Origin: a virus
Taxonomy: Duplodnaviria; Caudoviricetes
Length of the DNA: 41,657 nt
IMG/VR virus record: IMGVR_UViG_3300033148_006568
Span: 1-41,657 of that record
Strand: one strand, 5' to 3'
Below the pieces are notes generated by a model. The model saw nothing but the letters and a program-made list of their open reading frames with translations, was not told the DNA's origin and made no database searches. The translations under genes and the position numbers were made by a program. Below, in pieces: positions 1 to 8,952 of this stretch. Position 1 is the first letter of the stretch. Each line of letters begins with the position of its first letter.

Positions 1-114
1 AGTCCTGATTCAGTTAATTCAGGAGACAACATTACAATAACATTTGATTTTTTAGCAGGAGAAAATAATCAAACTACAGGAGTTACTATGAATAATGTTA
101 CAATAGGAGGAAGT
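1..114. repeat. Terminal direct repeat copy 1 (circular assembly overlap)
   Basis: 1-114 is identical to 41544-41657, and the ORF starting at 39792 continues in frame across the junction. Confidence 0.97.
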
Positions 115-1206
115 TTTGCAGAATTTGTAACCACAACAACTTGTTCAGGAACTTTGGATTGCTCAAATTATGGAGCTGAAGCATCTTGTAATAATTGTAG
201 TGAATGTAATTGGACTACAGGAGGTGCTGGGGCGAGTCATTTTGATGCTTTTGAAAATGGAGATGACTGGAGTGAAGAAGGAGATTGTGGAACTTATTGG
301 GATTATGATAGTGCTACTGGTTCAGGCAATACAGGACCTCAAGATGGAGATTCTGATGATGCAGGAAATAATTTTGTTTATATGGAATCATCAAGTGGAG
401 ATTGTGATGGTGACCCAAGTACTGGTTATCTTGTTTATATACCTGAAATAGATTGGGATGCAGGAACAAATGATAATATAACTTTCGAAACTAATTTTTA
501 TGGAGATGACGCTGATATGGGTATAATGACGATGGAACAAAATACATCAGGTAGTTGGGTAGATATGGGTTGGTCTGAGGAAGATGATGATGGTAATAGT
601 GGACTTGTATGGACTAAACAATCAATAGATGCATCAGCATTAGAAGGAAAAGGAAATTTAAGATTTAAGTATGTTGTTGATGATGATTATATGGCGGATG
701 CAGCAATTGATAAATTTAATGTGACAAGTACTGGAGGGAATGTATGTAATGAGATAGGTGCATGTAGTTCTTGTGACTTAACTGAATGTGATACTAATTG
801 TTCTACTGCTGGTTGTTCTCAAGGAACAACATCACAATTTGGTTATGTTGCAGATGTGGGATGGCAAATTAATGTAACTGTTCCAGATTTTGCAAGTGGT
901 TTAAAAGATTTATTTGTAAATGCAACTTATTCAGGAAATACAAGGAATGATACAGAAACAGAAGCTATTGATTATGGAGGAGTAGGAGAACAATGTAATC
1001 CAACATTAAATGAAAATTGGGACATTTCAGATACACAAGTTTGTGATGGAAAAGAAACAAATGTGGGAACTGGAAAAATTAATATTTTAACTGGTGGGAT
1101 TTTAAGATTAATTAATGGTGCAAATGTTACATCAAGTGGATTAAATTTAGCAACAACTGGAGACCAAGTTTTTGTAGATGCTGGTTGTGAGTTGAGGTCA
1201 ATATGA
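1..1206 (+). CDS. C-terminal part of the 39792 glycoprotein: Cys-rich segments flanking a MAM-like domain
   Basis: Frame is open from base 1. The motif TGSGNTGPQDGD...FVYMESS...ADAAIDKF resembles MAM domains; Cys-rich flanks. Confidence 0.75.
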   Translation, partial: SPDSVNSGDNITITFDFLAGENNQTTGVTMNNVTIGGSFAEFVTTTTCSGTLDCSNYGAEASCNNCSECNWTTGGAGASHFDAFENGDDWSEEGDCGTYWDYDSATGSGNTGPQDGDSDDAGNNFVYMESSSGDCDGDPSTGYLVYIPEIDWDAGTNDNITFETNFYGDDADMGIMTMEQNTSGSWVDMGWSEEDDDGNSGLVWTKQSIDASALEGKGNLRFKYVVDDDYMADAAIDKFNVTSTGGNVCNEIGACSSCDLTECDTNCSTAGCSQGTTSQFGYVADVGWQINVTVPDFASGLKDLFVNATYSGNTRNDTETEAIDYGGVGEQCNPTLNENWDISDTQVCDGKETNVGTGKINILTGGILRLINGANVTSSGLNLATTGDQVFVDAGCELRSI

Positions 1207-1889
1207 AAAACAAAATATTAATTTTAATAACATGTATGTTTTTAATTAGTTTAGTTAGTGCTTCACAATCATCATTACCAAATCCTATTCAGGAAGGTGA
1301 GTGTGCCAGTTTGTATCAAATTTGTGATGACTGTACTTATGTAAACATCACAAGCATAACTTATCCAAATTCAACAACACAAAACATAAATGAAGTAATG
1401 ATTAAAAATGGGGTTGATTACACTTATTCTTTTTGCAATACTTCTGCTTTAGGAAATTACATTTACAATACCTGTGGAGATAAAGGTGGAAGTTTAACCT
1501 GTGAAGAAATTAATTTTGAGGTTACACCAACAGGAGAAGAATTTACAGAAGCCAAAAGTAATTTATTAATTATTTCTTTTATTATATTAATTATTTCTAC
1601 AATCTTTTTATTGGTATTAGGTTTGTTTGCAAAAAATACTCCATTTAAAATATTCTTTATTGGATTGTCAATAGTGTTTATGGTTGCAACTCTTGGATTT
1701 TCTGTTTCTGTGTGGCAACAAATATTTGGAAGTTTTGGTAATTTGGTTGAAACTTATGGAAGAATATTTATTTTATTAACAATACTTTTAACTGGTGGAG
1801 GAATTAGTTTATTTGTTTATTTAGTTTATATGGCAATTATGAGTTTCTGGAAAAATTCAAGAGGAATGGTAGATGATGATGATTTCTAA
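1203..1889 (+). CDS. Membrane protein (signal peptide, Cys-containing ectodomain, 3 C-terminal TM helices)
   Basis: Hydrophobic N-terminus, NxS/T sequons, three hydrophobic C-terminal segments; ATGA overlap with the upstream gene. Confidence 0.8.
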   Translation: MKNKILILITCMFLISLVSASQSSLPNPIQEGECASLYQICDDCTYVNITSITYPNSTTQNINEVMIKNGVDYTYSFCNTSALGNYIYNTCGDKGGSLTCEEINFEVTPTGEEFTEAKSNLLIISFIILIISTIFLLVLGLFAKNTPFKIFFIGLSIVFMVATLGFSVSVWQQIFGSFGNLVETYGRIFILLTILLTGGGISLFVYLVYMAIMSFWKNSRGMVDDDDF

Positions 1890-1930
1890 AGTTGATAGAA
1901 ACATTTAAATAATTAAATATCTTGGTAATA

Positions 1931-2050
1931 CCATCACCTCTTTTTTTACCCAAAAGAGGATTCAAGTCATAATGTTTTATTGACTAAAAAAAGAGTGTGG
2001 AGTAAGGAAACTGAAGACATGTTCTTTTGAGAATACTCTTTTGGGTTTAT
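1931..2050 (+). ncRNA. Candidate structured non-coding RNA behind its own TATA box
   Basis: TTTAAATA at 1904-1911 with no ATG at the expected start. Pairings: 1938-1947/1986-1995, 1948-1958/2036-2046, and hairpin AGTCA...TGACT. Confidence 0.35.
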
Positions 2051-2285
2051 GATTAATATTTATTTTTCTTTCATAAATTAATTAAATAATCATTCATTTG
2101 TTTTTCCACAAGGGAGGAAATAACTAACGCTTAAAAGTGGGGGTAGCATCCCCATCTTTTATTTTGGTTGATCTTGTTTTCTTATATGGAAATTTCTTGT
2201 TCTCTTTTTTCTTTTCTTTTGCTGTATTTCTTTTCATGTTGTAGTATATTCCTATGTTTTTTTAATAATAACTCACCACAGGGCT

Positions 2286-2498
2286 TTATTTAACGAATTT
2301 AATAGGTTTTTCAGGCAAACAGACATAAGTATAAGTCATATAACGATTTTTGGTTATTATTCTTTTTATTAATTTTTGTTTGTATAATCTGGCAAGATTA
2401 GGTGATGCATTATTAAATTTGAATTTTTTGTTAAGTTCTGCTGTTGTAACTGGTTTTTTTACTTTTTTCATATATTTTAAGACTTCTGCTTGACTCAT
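2286..2498 (-). CDS. Small winged-helix DNA-binding protein
   Basis: 70 aa basic protein, pattern EVLKYM..KPVTTAEL..NLARLYKQKLI..YTY; paralogue at 16747. Confidence 0.7.
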   Translation of the reverse strand: MSQAEVLKYMKKVKKPVTTAELNKKFKFNNASPNLARLYKQKLIKRIITKNRYMTYTYVCLPEKPIKFVK

Positions 2499-2728
2499 TT
2501 TAAAAATTTAAAATGTTTAAAAATTTTTTGATGCTCATTTTTTTGGCTTTACTTTTCTTTTTATACCAACATCTTAAACAAATAATTTTAGTATGATGAT
2601 ACTTTTCTTTTCCTTTTAGTATTGATTCTTTACATATTTGGCATTTTTTTGGTTTCATTTTTGTTTTTTTATGTGGTGTTTTTCCACTGGAAATGGTGGT
2701 GTTTTTTGATTATTTTCAATCTCAAAGG

Positions 2729-2945
2729 GACTACCCACAGGGATAACATAGGTTTTGACCCCTATACCATATTTTATAAATTCTCTAAAGGTCTAAAAAA
2801 GCTGTTATCCCTGTGGGTAGTCATATTTTGAATTTAATCCCCTTTGAGAACCATTAGAACCATTAGAACCATTACTAACCCTACTCGTTTCCTTTACGAG
2901 GGCAGTTAGTGGGGATTCTAATGGTTTGAATGGTTCTAATGGTTT
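2729..2945. repeat. Inverted repeats and 9-bp iterons at the 3' end of the primase gene; candidate replication origin
   Basis: Perfect 20-bp IR 2729-2748/2803-2822. GAACCATTA x3 at 2848-2874 and three inverted near-copies at 2919-2945. Confidence 0.6.
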
Positions 2946-5072
2946 TTCTATAGTTTTATGAAGTAAATTAAGTATAACAACAGAAGTAACATCATCAATT
3001 TTTCTTTGCCCAACTAAAAAACCCTCTTCTCTTAATAATTTCCCGATTTGGATAGCACTCATAACCCTTAAATGAATTTCTTTTAAATGTTCATTGCAAG
3101 AATTAGTAAACTCTCTTAATGAAATAAATTTTCCTGGAATTTCATAATAAAATTTTTCAATAAATCTTATAACTGGATTGCTCCTTTCTTCATATTTTCT
3201 TTCCCTTTCTTCAAAAGTCCCTTCATTGTGGAATTTTTTAGTTTTGTAAAGTTCCTTTAATATTCTTAAACATTTCATTGCAAGATTTTCAAATTCAATA
3301 TCTGGAATTAAATCAATCAAATCTTGTTTTATTTCTTTAAATTGATTTGGAAAATCAATAATAAGCCACTTTCGATAAAACCCCAAACTTTTGTCTGGAG
3401 TTTTTGGAAGTGAGTTTGTAAGGCAAACACAAGTGGCAGTGTTGTCATCTGTAAATGGAGTTTTTCCCTTAAATTGAAAACTTAATTTATCTTCTCCCCC
3501 TATTTTTTTTAACATATTAGTATTTTTTAAATCATTATAAGATACTTCACCCATAATACAAAGTAATTTTCTAAACAAAACAGCAGGTTCAAATTTATCC
3601 TCACTTAAATTTTTTAATTCAGAAGAAACACAATTTTCATCACCAAGAAATTTATAATTTAATTTAGTAAAACTTCCTTTCCCATTTGAACCACCACCAC
3701 ATAAAGCAAAAACCCTTTGCATAAATTTATCTGTTGTTGTATTATATGCAATAAATTCATAAAGAGTTTGTTTATATTTTTTCCCAACCCATTCTTCAAA
3801 ATATTTATCCATTATGGGGGTATTTTCACTTTTTCCAACATTCCAGGGGATTGGATTGGTCACAAAATATTCTGGAGTTGCTTTAGAATTTTCTCCTGTT
3901 TTAATATCATAAATCTTATCCTTGAATTGTACCCAAGATTTTTTTATTGGTTTTGGTTTATGTTTTCTACCAACTTGTTTGAATCCTTCCGATAACTCCC
4001 CCTTAGATTTTCTGTCAATTGTTTCTATTCCTAAATGTTGTTGGATTAAATTTAAAAAATCAATTTCATCACTTAATTCCCATTTATATAATTTTTTATT
4101 CCATAACCAAAATATTTTAGAACTATCATAATAAAAAGGTTGTTCTTCCCAAAACATTTCAATTTGTCCTCTTCTGGAAAAAATATCAGAAGATTTTTCA
4201 ATAACTTCTTTTTTACTTTCCATATATTTTTTCCTTGCCCCCTTTAATTGTTCAATCATACCACATTCTTCTGCAAACCATTCAAAAGTTTCTTTATCTG
4301 TTAGTTTCTTGAATTCTCTAATTAAAGAGAATTTATTCCAACTTCCATCACAATGAAAACAATGAGCTGTTTCATCATTATAACTAAAGCACTTCCCACC
4401 TTTAGAAGAATGAAAACAACAATCTGTTGGATTTTTTGATGTGTTTATTCCAACACTAAAAAGAACTTGCTCCATAGAAACAGAATTTAAAATTTGTTCA
4501 GATATATCATCACTCAAACAAATTGGAGTATATTGTTTTTTTGGTTTTATCACTTTCTTTGGGCTTTTATCCAATGGTCTTAATATAGCTTCAATTTCAG
4601 AATAAGGCATAAAAGAAATAGGTATATCATTGATAATAGAATAAATACTTCCAGTTTTATGTTTGCTTCCTGGAGCAATCACTTGATTTCCTGCACCAAT
4701 AACATCTGCAAAAGTTTCTAATTTTTCATTTTTAATTTTAAATGCTTTATTATTGTCTGAAGCTAACCATAGGTGACAGCATTTTTTTGGAGAACCACTT
4801 GTTGTGGTGAATGTTTTTGGGAAGTGTTCTATGACCTTATCTTGAAATTCTTTAGTATCAAAATCAATCACAATTAAAAAATAAGATTGTTCGTTAATTA
4901 CAATAGAAGAATTGTTTGATTGAACACCATAGTTAAATCCTTTAGATAAATGGTCTTTAAGAATAGGGCAATCTTTTTTATGAATTTTATTTTGCCAACC
5001 TTTTTCAATTGGTCTTTTTCCATCGCCACCAATTAAAACAAAGTTAAATTCTTGTAGTTGTTTTGGAATCAC
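2805..5072 (-). CDS. Primase-polymerase / Zn-finger / D5-like SF3 helicase replication protein
   Basis: N-terminal prim-pol motifs (VIDFD, H, QVIAPGSKH), central CCFH..CFHC zinc finger, Walker A GGGSNGKGS, SF3 motifs (MGE, CLTN). Confidence 0.9.
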   Translation of the reverse strand: MIPKQLQEFNFVLIGGDGKRPIEKGWQNKIHKKDCPILKDHLSKGFNYGVQSNNSSIVINEQSYFLIVIDFDTKEFQDKVIEHFPKTFTTTSGSPKKCCHLWLASDNNKAFKIKNEKLETFADVIGAGNQVIAPGSKHKTGSIYSIINDIPISFMPYSEIEAILRPLDKSPKKVIKPKKQYTPICLSDDISEQILNSVSMEQVLFSVGINTSKNPTDCCFHSSKGGKCFSYNDETAHCFHCDGSWNKFSLIREFKKLTDKETFEWFAEECGMIEQLKGARKKYMESKKEVIEKSSDIFSRRGQIEMFWEEQPFYYDSSKIFWLWNKKLYKWELSDEIDFLNLIQQHLGIETIDRKSKGELSEGFKQVGRKHKPKPIKKSWVQFKDKIYDIKTGENSKATPEYFVTNPIPWNVGKSENTPIMDKYFEEWVGKKYKQTLYEFIAYNTTTDKFMQRVFALCGGGSNGKGSFTKLNYKFLGDENCVSSELKNLSEDKFEPAVLFRKLLCIMGEVSYNDLKNTNMLKKIGGEDKLSFQFKGKTPFTDDNTATCVCLTNSLPKTPDKSLGFYRKWLIIDFPNQFKEIKQDLIDLIPDIEFENLAMKCLRILKELYKTKKFHNEGTFEERERKYEERSNPVIRFIEKFYYEIPGKFISLREFTNSCNEHLKEIHLRVMSAIQIGKLLREEGFLVGQRKIDDVTSVVILNLLHKTIEKPLEPFKPLESPLTALVKETSRVSNGSNGSNGSQRGLNSKYDYPQG

Positions 5073-5376
5073 CTTCTATCCACCCCTCTGTAAATTTAAT
5101 TATTTCTTCCCTACATTTTTTTCTATCAGAAACATATAACCACAACCAATAATCTGATTTTCCTGTTTTTCTCATAGAATGTTTTCTTATTATTTCAGTT
5201 ATTTCTTTATGAAGTTCTGTATGATGTTTTCTGCATAAACTAAATAATTCTCCTTTCCACTCCTCTCCTTTTTCCATAAGAAATTGTGGGGGATTGTGAT
5301 GTTCATCAATTCCTTCATAAGTTTTTCCTAATTTCCATTCCTCATTAAATTCATTTAAACATTTATCACATTTCAT
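5044..5376 (-). CDS. HNH-like zinc-binding protein
   Basis: CxxC, EHH, LCRKHH pattern. Confidence 0.55.
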   Translation of the reverse strand: MKCDKCLNEFNEEWKLGKTYEGIDEHHNPPQFLMEKGEEWKGELFSLCRKHHTELHKEITEIIRKHSMRKTGKSDYWLWLYVSDRKKCREEIIKFTEGWIEGDSKTTTRI

Positions 5377-5674
5377 TTTTTACCTCATTTCCATAAACAT
5401 TCCAACCTTCTTTTTTCTTTCTTGCAAAATAATCTAACTTTCTCCCAGCACATATTTCCTCAACCTCCTCTTTTATTTCAACAAGGTAATCATAAGAATA
5501 AGTTATAAGACCATCAAACTTTTCTTCAAAATCAAAACAATCATTAAATATCTTTTTAACAAACCCTCTTTTTATTATTGCTCTGTCTGATGCAGGATAT
5601 TGGAAAATTAATTTAATGTATTTAGAATTGTTTTTTGCATTTTCTAATCGCCTTTTAAATCCAGTCGCTTCCAT
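5366..5674 (-). CDS. Hypothetical protein with an MT-A70-like C-terminal tail
   Basis: C-terminus KLDYFARKKKEGWNVYGNEV matches RLELFARNKREGWDAWGNEV of the MT-A70 protein at 12402. Confidence 0.65.
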   Translation of the reverse strand: MEATGFKRRLENAKNNSKYIKLIFQYPASDRAIIKRGFVKKIFNDCFDFEEKFDGLITYSYDYLVEIKEEVEEICAGRKLDYFARKKKEGWNVYGNEVKNEM

Positions 5675-5794
5675 GAATTTTTAGAAAGAAAATAACTATT
5701 TAAAACTTTATTACTATTTTATAATCACTACTACATTTCTACTTATATACTTAATCACAATAAACTTTATAAATACTACTTTTCTATAAGTAGT

Positions 5795-5944
5795 ATGAAG
5801 TCAATAAAAATTTCAGATAAAAATTGGAAGTTAATGATGCAACATAAATTAAAGTATGATTATCAAAGCATTGATCAAATACTTGATAAGTTGCTTAAAA
5901 TAATTCCTGCTACTGAATTAAAAAAGGAGGTTAAGAAAAAATGA
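5795..5944 (+). CDS. Small ribbon-helix-helix-like regulator (49 aa)
   Basis: Read by hand: MKSIKISDKNWKLMMQHKLKYDYQSIDQILDKLL...; TATA-like TTTATAAA at 5766, leaderless spacing. Confidence 0.6.
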   Translation: MKSIKISDKNWKLMMQHKLKYDYQSIDQILDKLLKIIPATELKKEVKKK

Positions 5945-6513
5945 AAGATTTTGAAAATTTAACTGTTAGTGAATTAAGAAAATTGAACGAGGAATTTAAA
6001 GAACAAAATTCAGATGTTCAAACAGCAGAAGAATTACTTGAAGAATTAAACGAGGAAGAATGACTTACAAAATAATTGATATGGATGGAAATACAGTTCA
6101 AAAAGGATTCAAAAATGAACAAGTTGCTGTTAATATTTTAGTGAGTTTAAAAATACACAAAAGAGAAAAATTAGAGGTGGTGGAAGAAAAATGAAATATA
6201 CAAAGGAACAATACAAATTAGTTGCAGAAAAATTAATGAAAACAAGAGATTATGAAAATTTAGAATTAATTGTAAAAGATTATCTTATTTGTGAATTAAA
6301 AGAACATTTTGATTATATGAATGAAGCATATAATTGGTGCTATGGGGAAAATAAAAAATGAAACAAGAACAGGAATTTTTAACAGAATATTGTTTGATAT
6401 GTTGTGGTGAAAAAGACAAACATAAAAACAGATTAAGAAAATTTGTTACTCATGCCGATAACATAAATAAATTAATCTGCACAAATTGTGGATTTACAAA
6501 AAAAAGAAAATGA
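5941..6513 (+). CDS. Run of overlapping small ORFs (e.g. 5941-6063, 6191-6361, 6358-6513 Zn-finger-like)
   Basis: ATGA-coupled short ORFs; 6358-6513 has CLIC...CTNCG. Confidence 0.5.
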
Positions 6514-6558
6514 ACATAAATAATCATAATACAATTACAAGGAGGTTAAAAAGTTAAA

Positions 6559-6903
6559 ATGGATTACCAAAATGAATTGAAAAGATTGCAGGAAAGTAGT
6601 AACTACTGGAAACCAAAAATCGGGCAGTTTAAGGTGAAAGCATTAACAGAACTTGAAGAAACAGAACCTTTTATTAGAAAAAAGGAAGGGGAGAATGATG
6701 AAGTTCACCCACAAGCAAAAATTAAGATTCTTATTAATGGAGAAGAAAAAATCTGGACTTTTGGAATTGGGAAAACACCAGCATCTACTTATGGGCAACT
6801 TGTTGATTTAGCAACAAAAAATGGAAATAAGTTAAAAGATGTTGAATTTTCAGTGGTTGTAAAAAATGATGGAACAAAAAACGACTACACAATTGTTAAT
6901 TAA
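6559..6903 (+). CDS. Hypothetical protein, possibly ssDNA-binding
   Basis: SD GGAGGT upstream; beta-rich, ends in ..GTKNDYTIV, as in phage SSB-like proteins (inference). Confidence 0.6.
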   Translation: MDYQNELKRLQESSNYWKPKIGQFKVKALTELEETEPFIRKKEGENDEVHPQAKIKILINGEEKIWTFGIGKTPASTYGQLVDLATKNGNKLKDVEFSVVVKNDGTKNDYTIVN

Positions 6904-6928
6904 CTTATGAGGGAATTTTCCCTCTTTC

Positions 6929-6997
6929 ATAGTCATACAAGAAGCAGGCGGTGATATGACAATGGCGTTTTAACCATCTTTTAATCCGACCTGCTCA
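6929..6997 (+). ncRNA. Pseudoknot-like element copy 1
   Basis: GTCATA 6932/TATGAC 6955 stem; loop AGCAGGCGG 6943 pairs with CCGACCTGCT 6986; duplicated at 7647-7759. Confidence 0.5.
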
Positions 6998-7177
6998 CTT
7001 AAGCCCCCAATCTGGTCTAGAACTAGTTAAGTCAGGTTGAATGAACTGCTGGGGGCATTCATAGTCTCATAAAACGACAGCTGTACGCCATGAGGCGCTG
7101 ACACCCAGGAAAGACTGGGATTTTATGTTCCACTTCCCGTTGAACACGGAAGTAATCAAAATGAAAAAAGAAACAGA

Positions 7178-7318
7178 ATGAGTAGTCATATTGCAAGAAT
7201 TGAACTTTATGGAAATAAGGAAGAAGGATATTATTTTAGTTGTCAGGAATTAGATTTAATGGGATATTCAAGTATGACTGAATTAATTGATGATATTGAA
7301 GAAACAATCAAAAAATAA
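7178..7318 (+). CDS. Small protein, weakly HicB-like (46 aa)
   Basis: Read by hand: MSSHIARIELYGNKEEGYYFSCQELDLMGYSSMTELIDDIEETIKK. Confidence 0.4.
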   Translation: MSSHIARIELYGNKEEGYYFSCQELDLMGYSSMTELIDDIEETIKK

Positions 7319-7319
7319 A

Positions 7320-7553
7320 ATGAAAAAAGAAATAAAAATTATTCCTTTGGCTGAGAAGATAGAGAAAATTCAGGGTGTTCCCATAATTACTTTTTCAAAT
7401 GTCCAAGAAGCAAATCAGAATTTAAAGAAAGAAATTAAACAGGAAATTGAATTAGGTAGATTATCAACTAAAATTAAATGTTTTATTAGTGTTGATGAAG
7501 TTAAAGATATAATAGATAAAGCATTTGAAAAACATATAGGAGAGAGAAAATGA
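7320..7553 (+). CDS. Hypothetical protein
   Basis: ORF track 7287-7553; likely ATG start at 7320, right after the upstream stop. Confidence 0.55.
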   Translation: MKKEIKIIPLAEKIEKIQGVPIITFSNVQEANQNLKKEIKQEIELGRLSTKIKCFISVDEVKDIIDKAFEKHIGERK

Positions 7554-7646
7554 AAGAAATAATGACTGAGTTGCTAAGCAAAGTAGAATTAAGATTTTTA
7601 TATTCTTTATTAGGAGATATTGAAGACGAAATTAAGAGAAGAAGAA

Positions 7647-7759
7647 ATAGTCATACAGAAGAACATCTTTGATGTTCATCGTTCACATCTTCCTGATGTG
7701 AGCAAGCAGGCGGTGATATGACAAAAAGGTAAGTTAATCAGACTTACCCGACCTGCTCA
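7647..7759 (+). ncRNA. Pseudoknot-like element copy 2, with two inserted hairpins
   Basis: Same core AAGCAGGCGGTGATATGACAA...CCGACCTGCTCA as copy 1. Confidence 0.5.
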
Positions 7760-8038
7760 TTTATAATCAAAATGAAAAAAGAACAAGTATCACAAGAACT
7801 TTTTGAAAATATTGAACATCAAATAGGAAAACCAAAAGAACCTCTTGCTGTTGGTTATACAGTTGAAGAAGGAATTTATGTTTTTGGCTTGATGTTGCCG
7901 TTTAAAATTAAAAAGGTTTTTGGAAAATGAAACAAAATCATATTGCCAACAAAATAAAAACACCCGAAAAGAGTTTCTTTAAAAATTCACTTTTTTTCAT
8001 CAAAACAGGGGGAGCTGGTTTTGTTGGCATAATTTAAA

Positions 8039-8368
8039 ATGACATCAGAAATACAACAAGAATTAGAGGAGAATTTAAGGCATATACAGAGACTAATTGC
8101 AAAACAAGAATTTTCTGTTGGAGATGCTAATTCATTTTTATTAAGATATGGGAACTTTGCTTTAAAGATGGAAGAGTTGGAGAAATCAAGAGATTTATTG
8201 GGAGAAACTAAAATGAAAAGTAGCAATATAACTCCACAGGAAATAGGGGGGTTGTTTATAGATGGTAAAACAAGTAAATTAAATGGGGGGTGTTTCCAGT
8301 GGAAAGTAGGTATAACATATATTAAATCCAATTTCACCACCTTCCTCGCAAGAGGGGAGCAACTATGA
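8039..8368 (+). CDS. Hypothetical protein reading through the first cassette junction
   Basis: ORF track; internal GGAGAAACTAAAATG at 8201-8215; stop overlaps the ATG of the HD gene. Confidence 0.5.
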   Translation: MTSEIQQELEENLRHIQRLIAKQEFSVGDANSFLLRYGNFALKMEELEKSRDLLGETKMKSSNITPQEIGGLFIDGKTSKLNGGCFQWKVGITYIKSNFTTFLARGEQL

Positions 8369-8829
8369 TGGAAGATAAAATAAAAAGAGCCGAAGAAATT
8401 GCAAGAGAAGTCCATAAAGGACAAAAAAGAACAATTGGTAGGAGAGAAGATTATATTGAACATCCTAAGAGAGTTGTAAGTCATTTCTCAACTCCAGAAT
8501 CACAGATTATTGCTTGGTTGCATGATGTCTTAGAAGATTCAGATTTAACATCTAATGATTTATTTAATAGAGGAATAGATACAGAATTAGTAAGAATGAT
8601 TGTTATTTTAACAAGAGATAAATCTGAATCCTATCTTAACTACATTTTAAGAATAAAACAATTCCACCAAGCAAAGATTATTAAAATTGCTGACTTGCAA
8701 GACAATCTTGAAAAACTGCCCAATGGTTCTTTAAGAGATAAATATTTAATGGCTCTTTATATTTTAGAAAATAAATCGGAAGGTGGTGAAACTTTGGCTA
8801 ACGCCAATCCTTCGGAGGATTTAATATGA
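8365..8829 (+). CDS. HD-domain hydrolase (RelA/SpoT-hydrolase/Mesh1-like); cassette A
   Basis: HKGQKR, YIEHP, AWLHDVLED, KIADLQDN motifs. Confidence 0.85.
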   Translation: MMEDKIKRAEEIAREVHKGQKRTIGRREDYIEHPKRVVSHFSTPESQIIAWLHDVLEDSDLTSNDLFNRGIDTELVRMIVILTRDKSESYLNYILRIKQFHQAKIIKIADLQDNLEKLPNGSLRDKYLMALYILENKSEGGETLANANPSEDLI

Positions 8830-8897
8830 GTTATAAGACTACGCTTCGCTCCGTCCATATTTTTGCTAACGCAAAAACATCTCATAACTCTAATATT
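8817..8897. repeat. attC-like site 1
   Basis: GGATTTAAT-ATGA-GTTATAAG...CTCATAAC-TCTAAT-ATT with internal hairpins; nearly identical to site 5. Confidence 0.8.
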
Positions 8898-8952
8898 CAC
8901 CAAAATTTTCCCTTTGCCCTCGTTGGCTCGGGTAAATCCTCACACTCAATTA

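Noticed and set aside
2738-2756. Resemblance to the I-SceI site (AGGGATAACA)
   Set aside because: Only a partial match, and it is part of the local inverted repeat.
7003-7056. tRNA-like stem GCCCCCA...TGGGGGC
   Set aside because: Too short, with no convincing D arm, anticodon arm or TTCGA loop.
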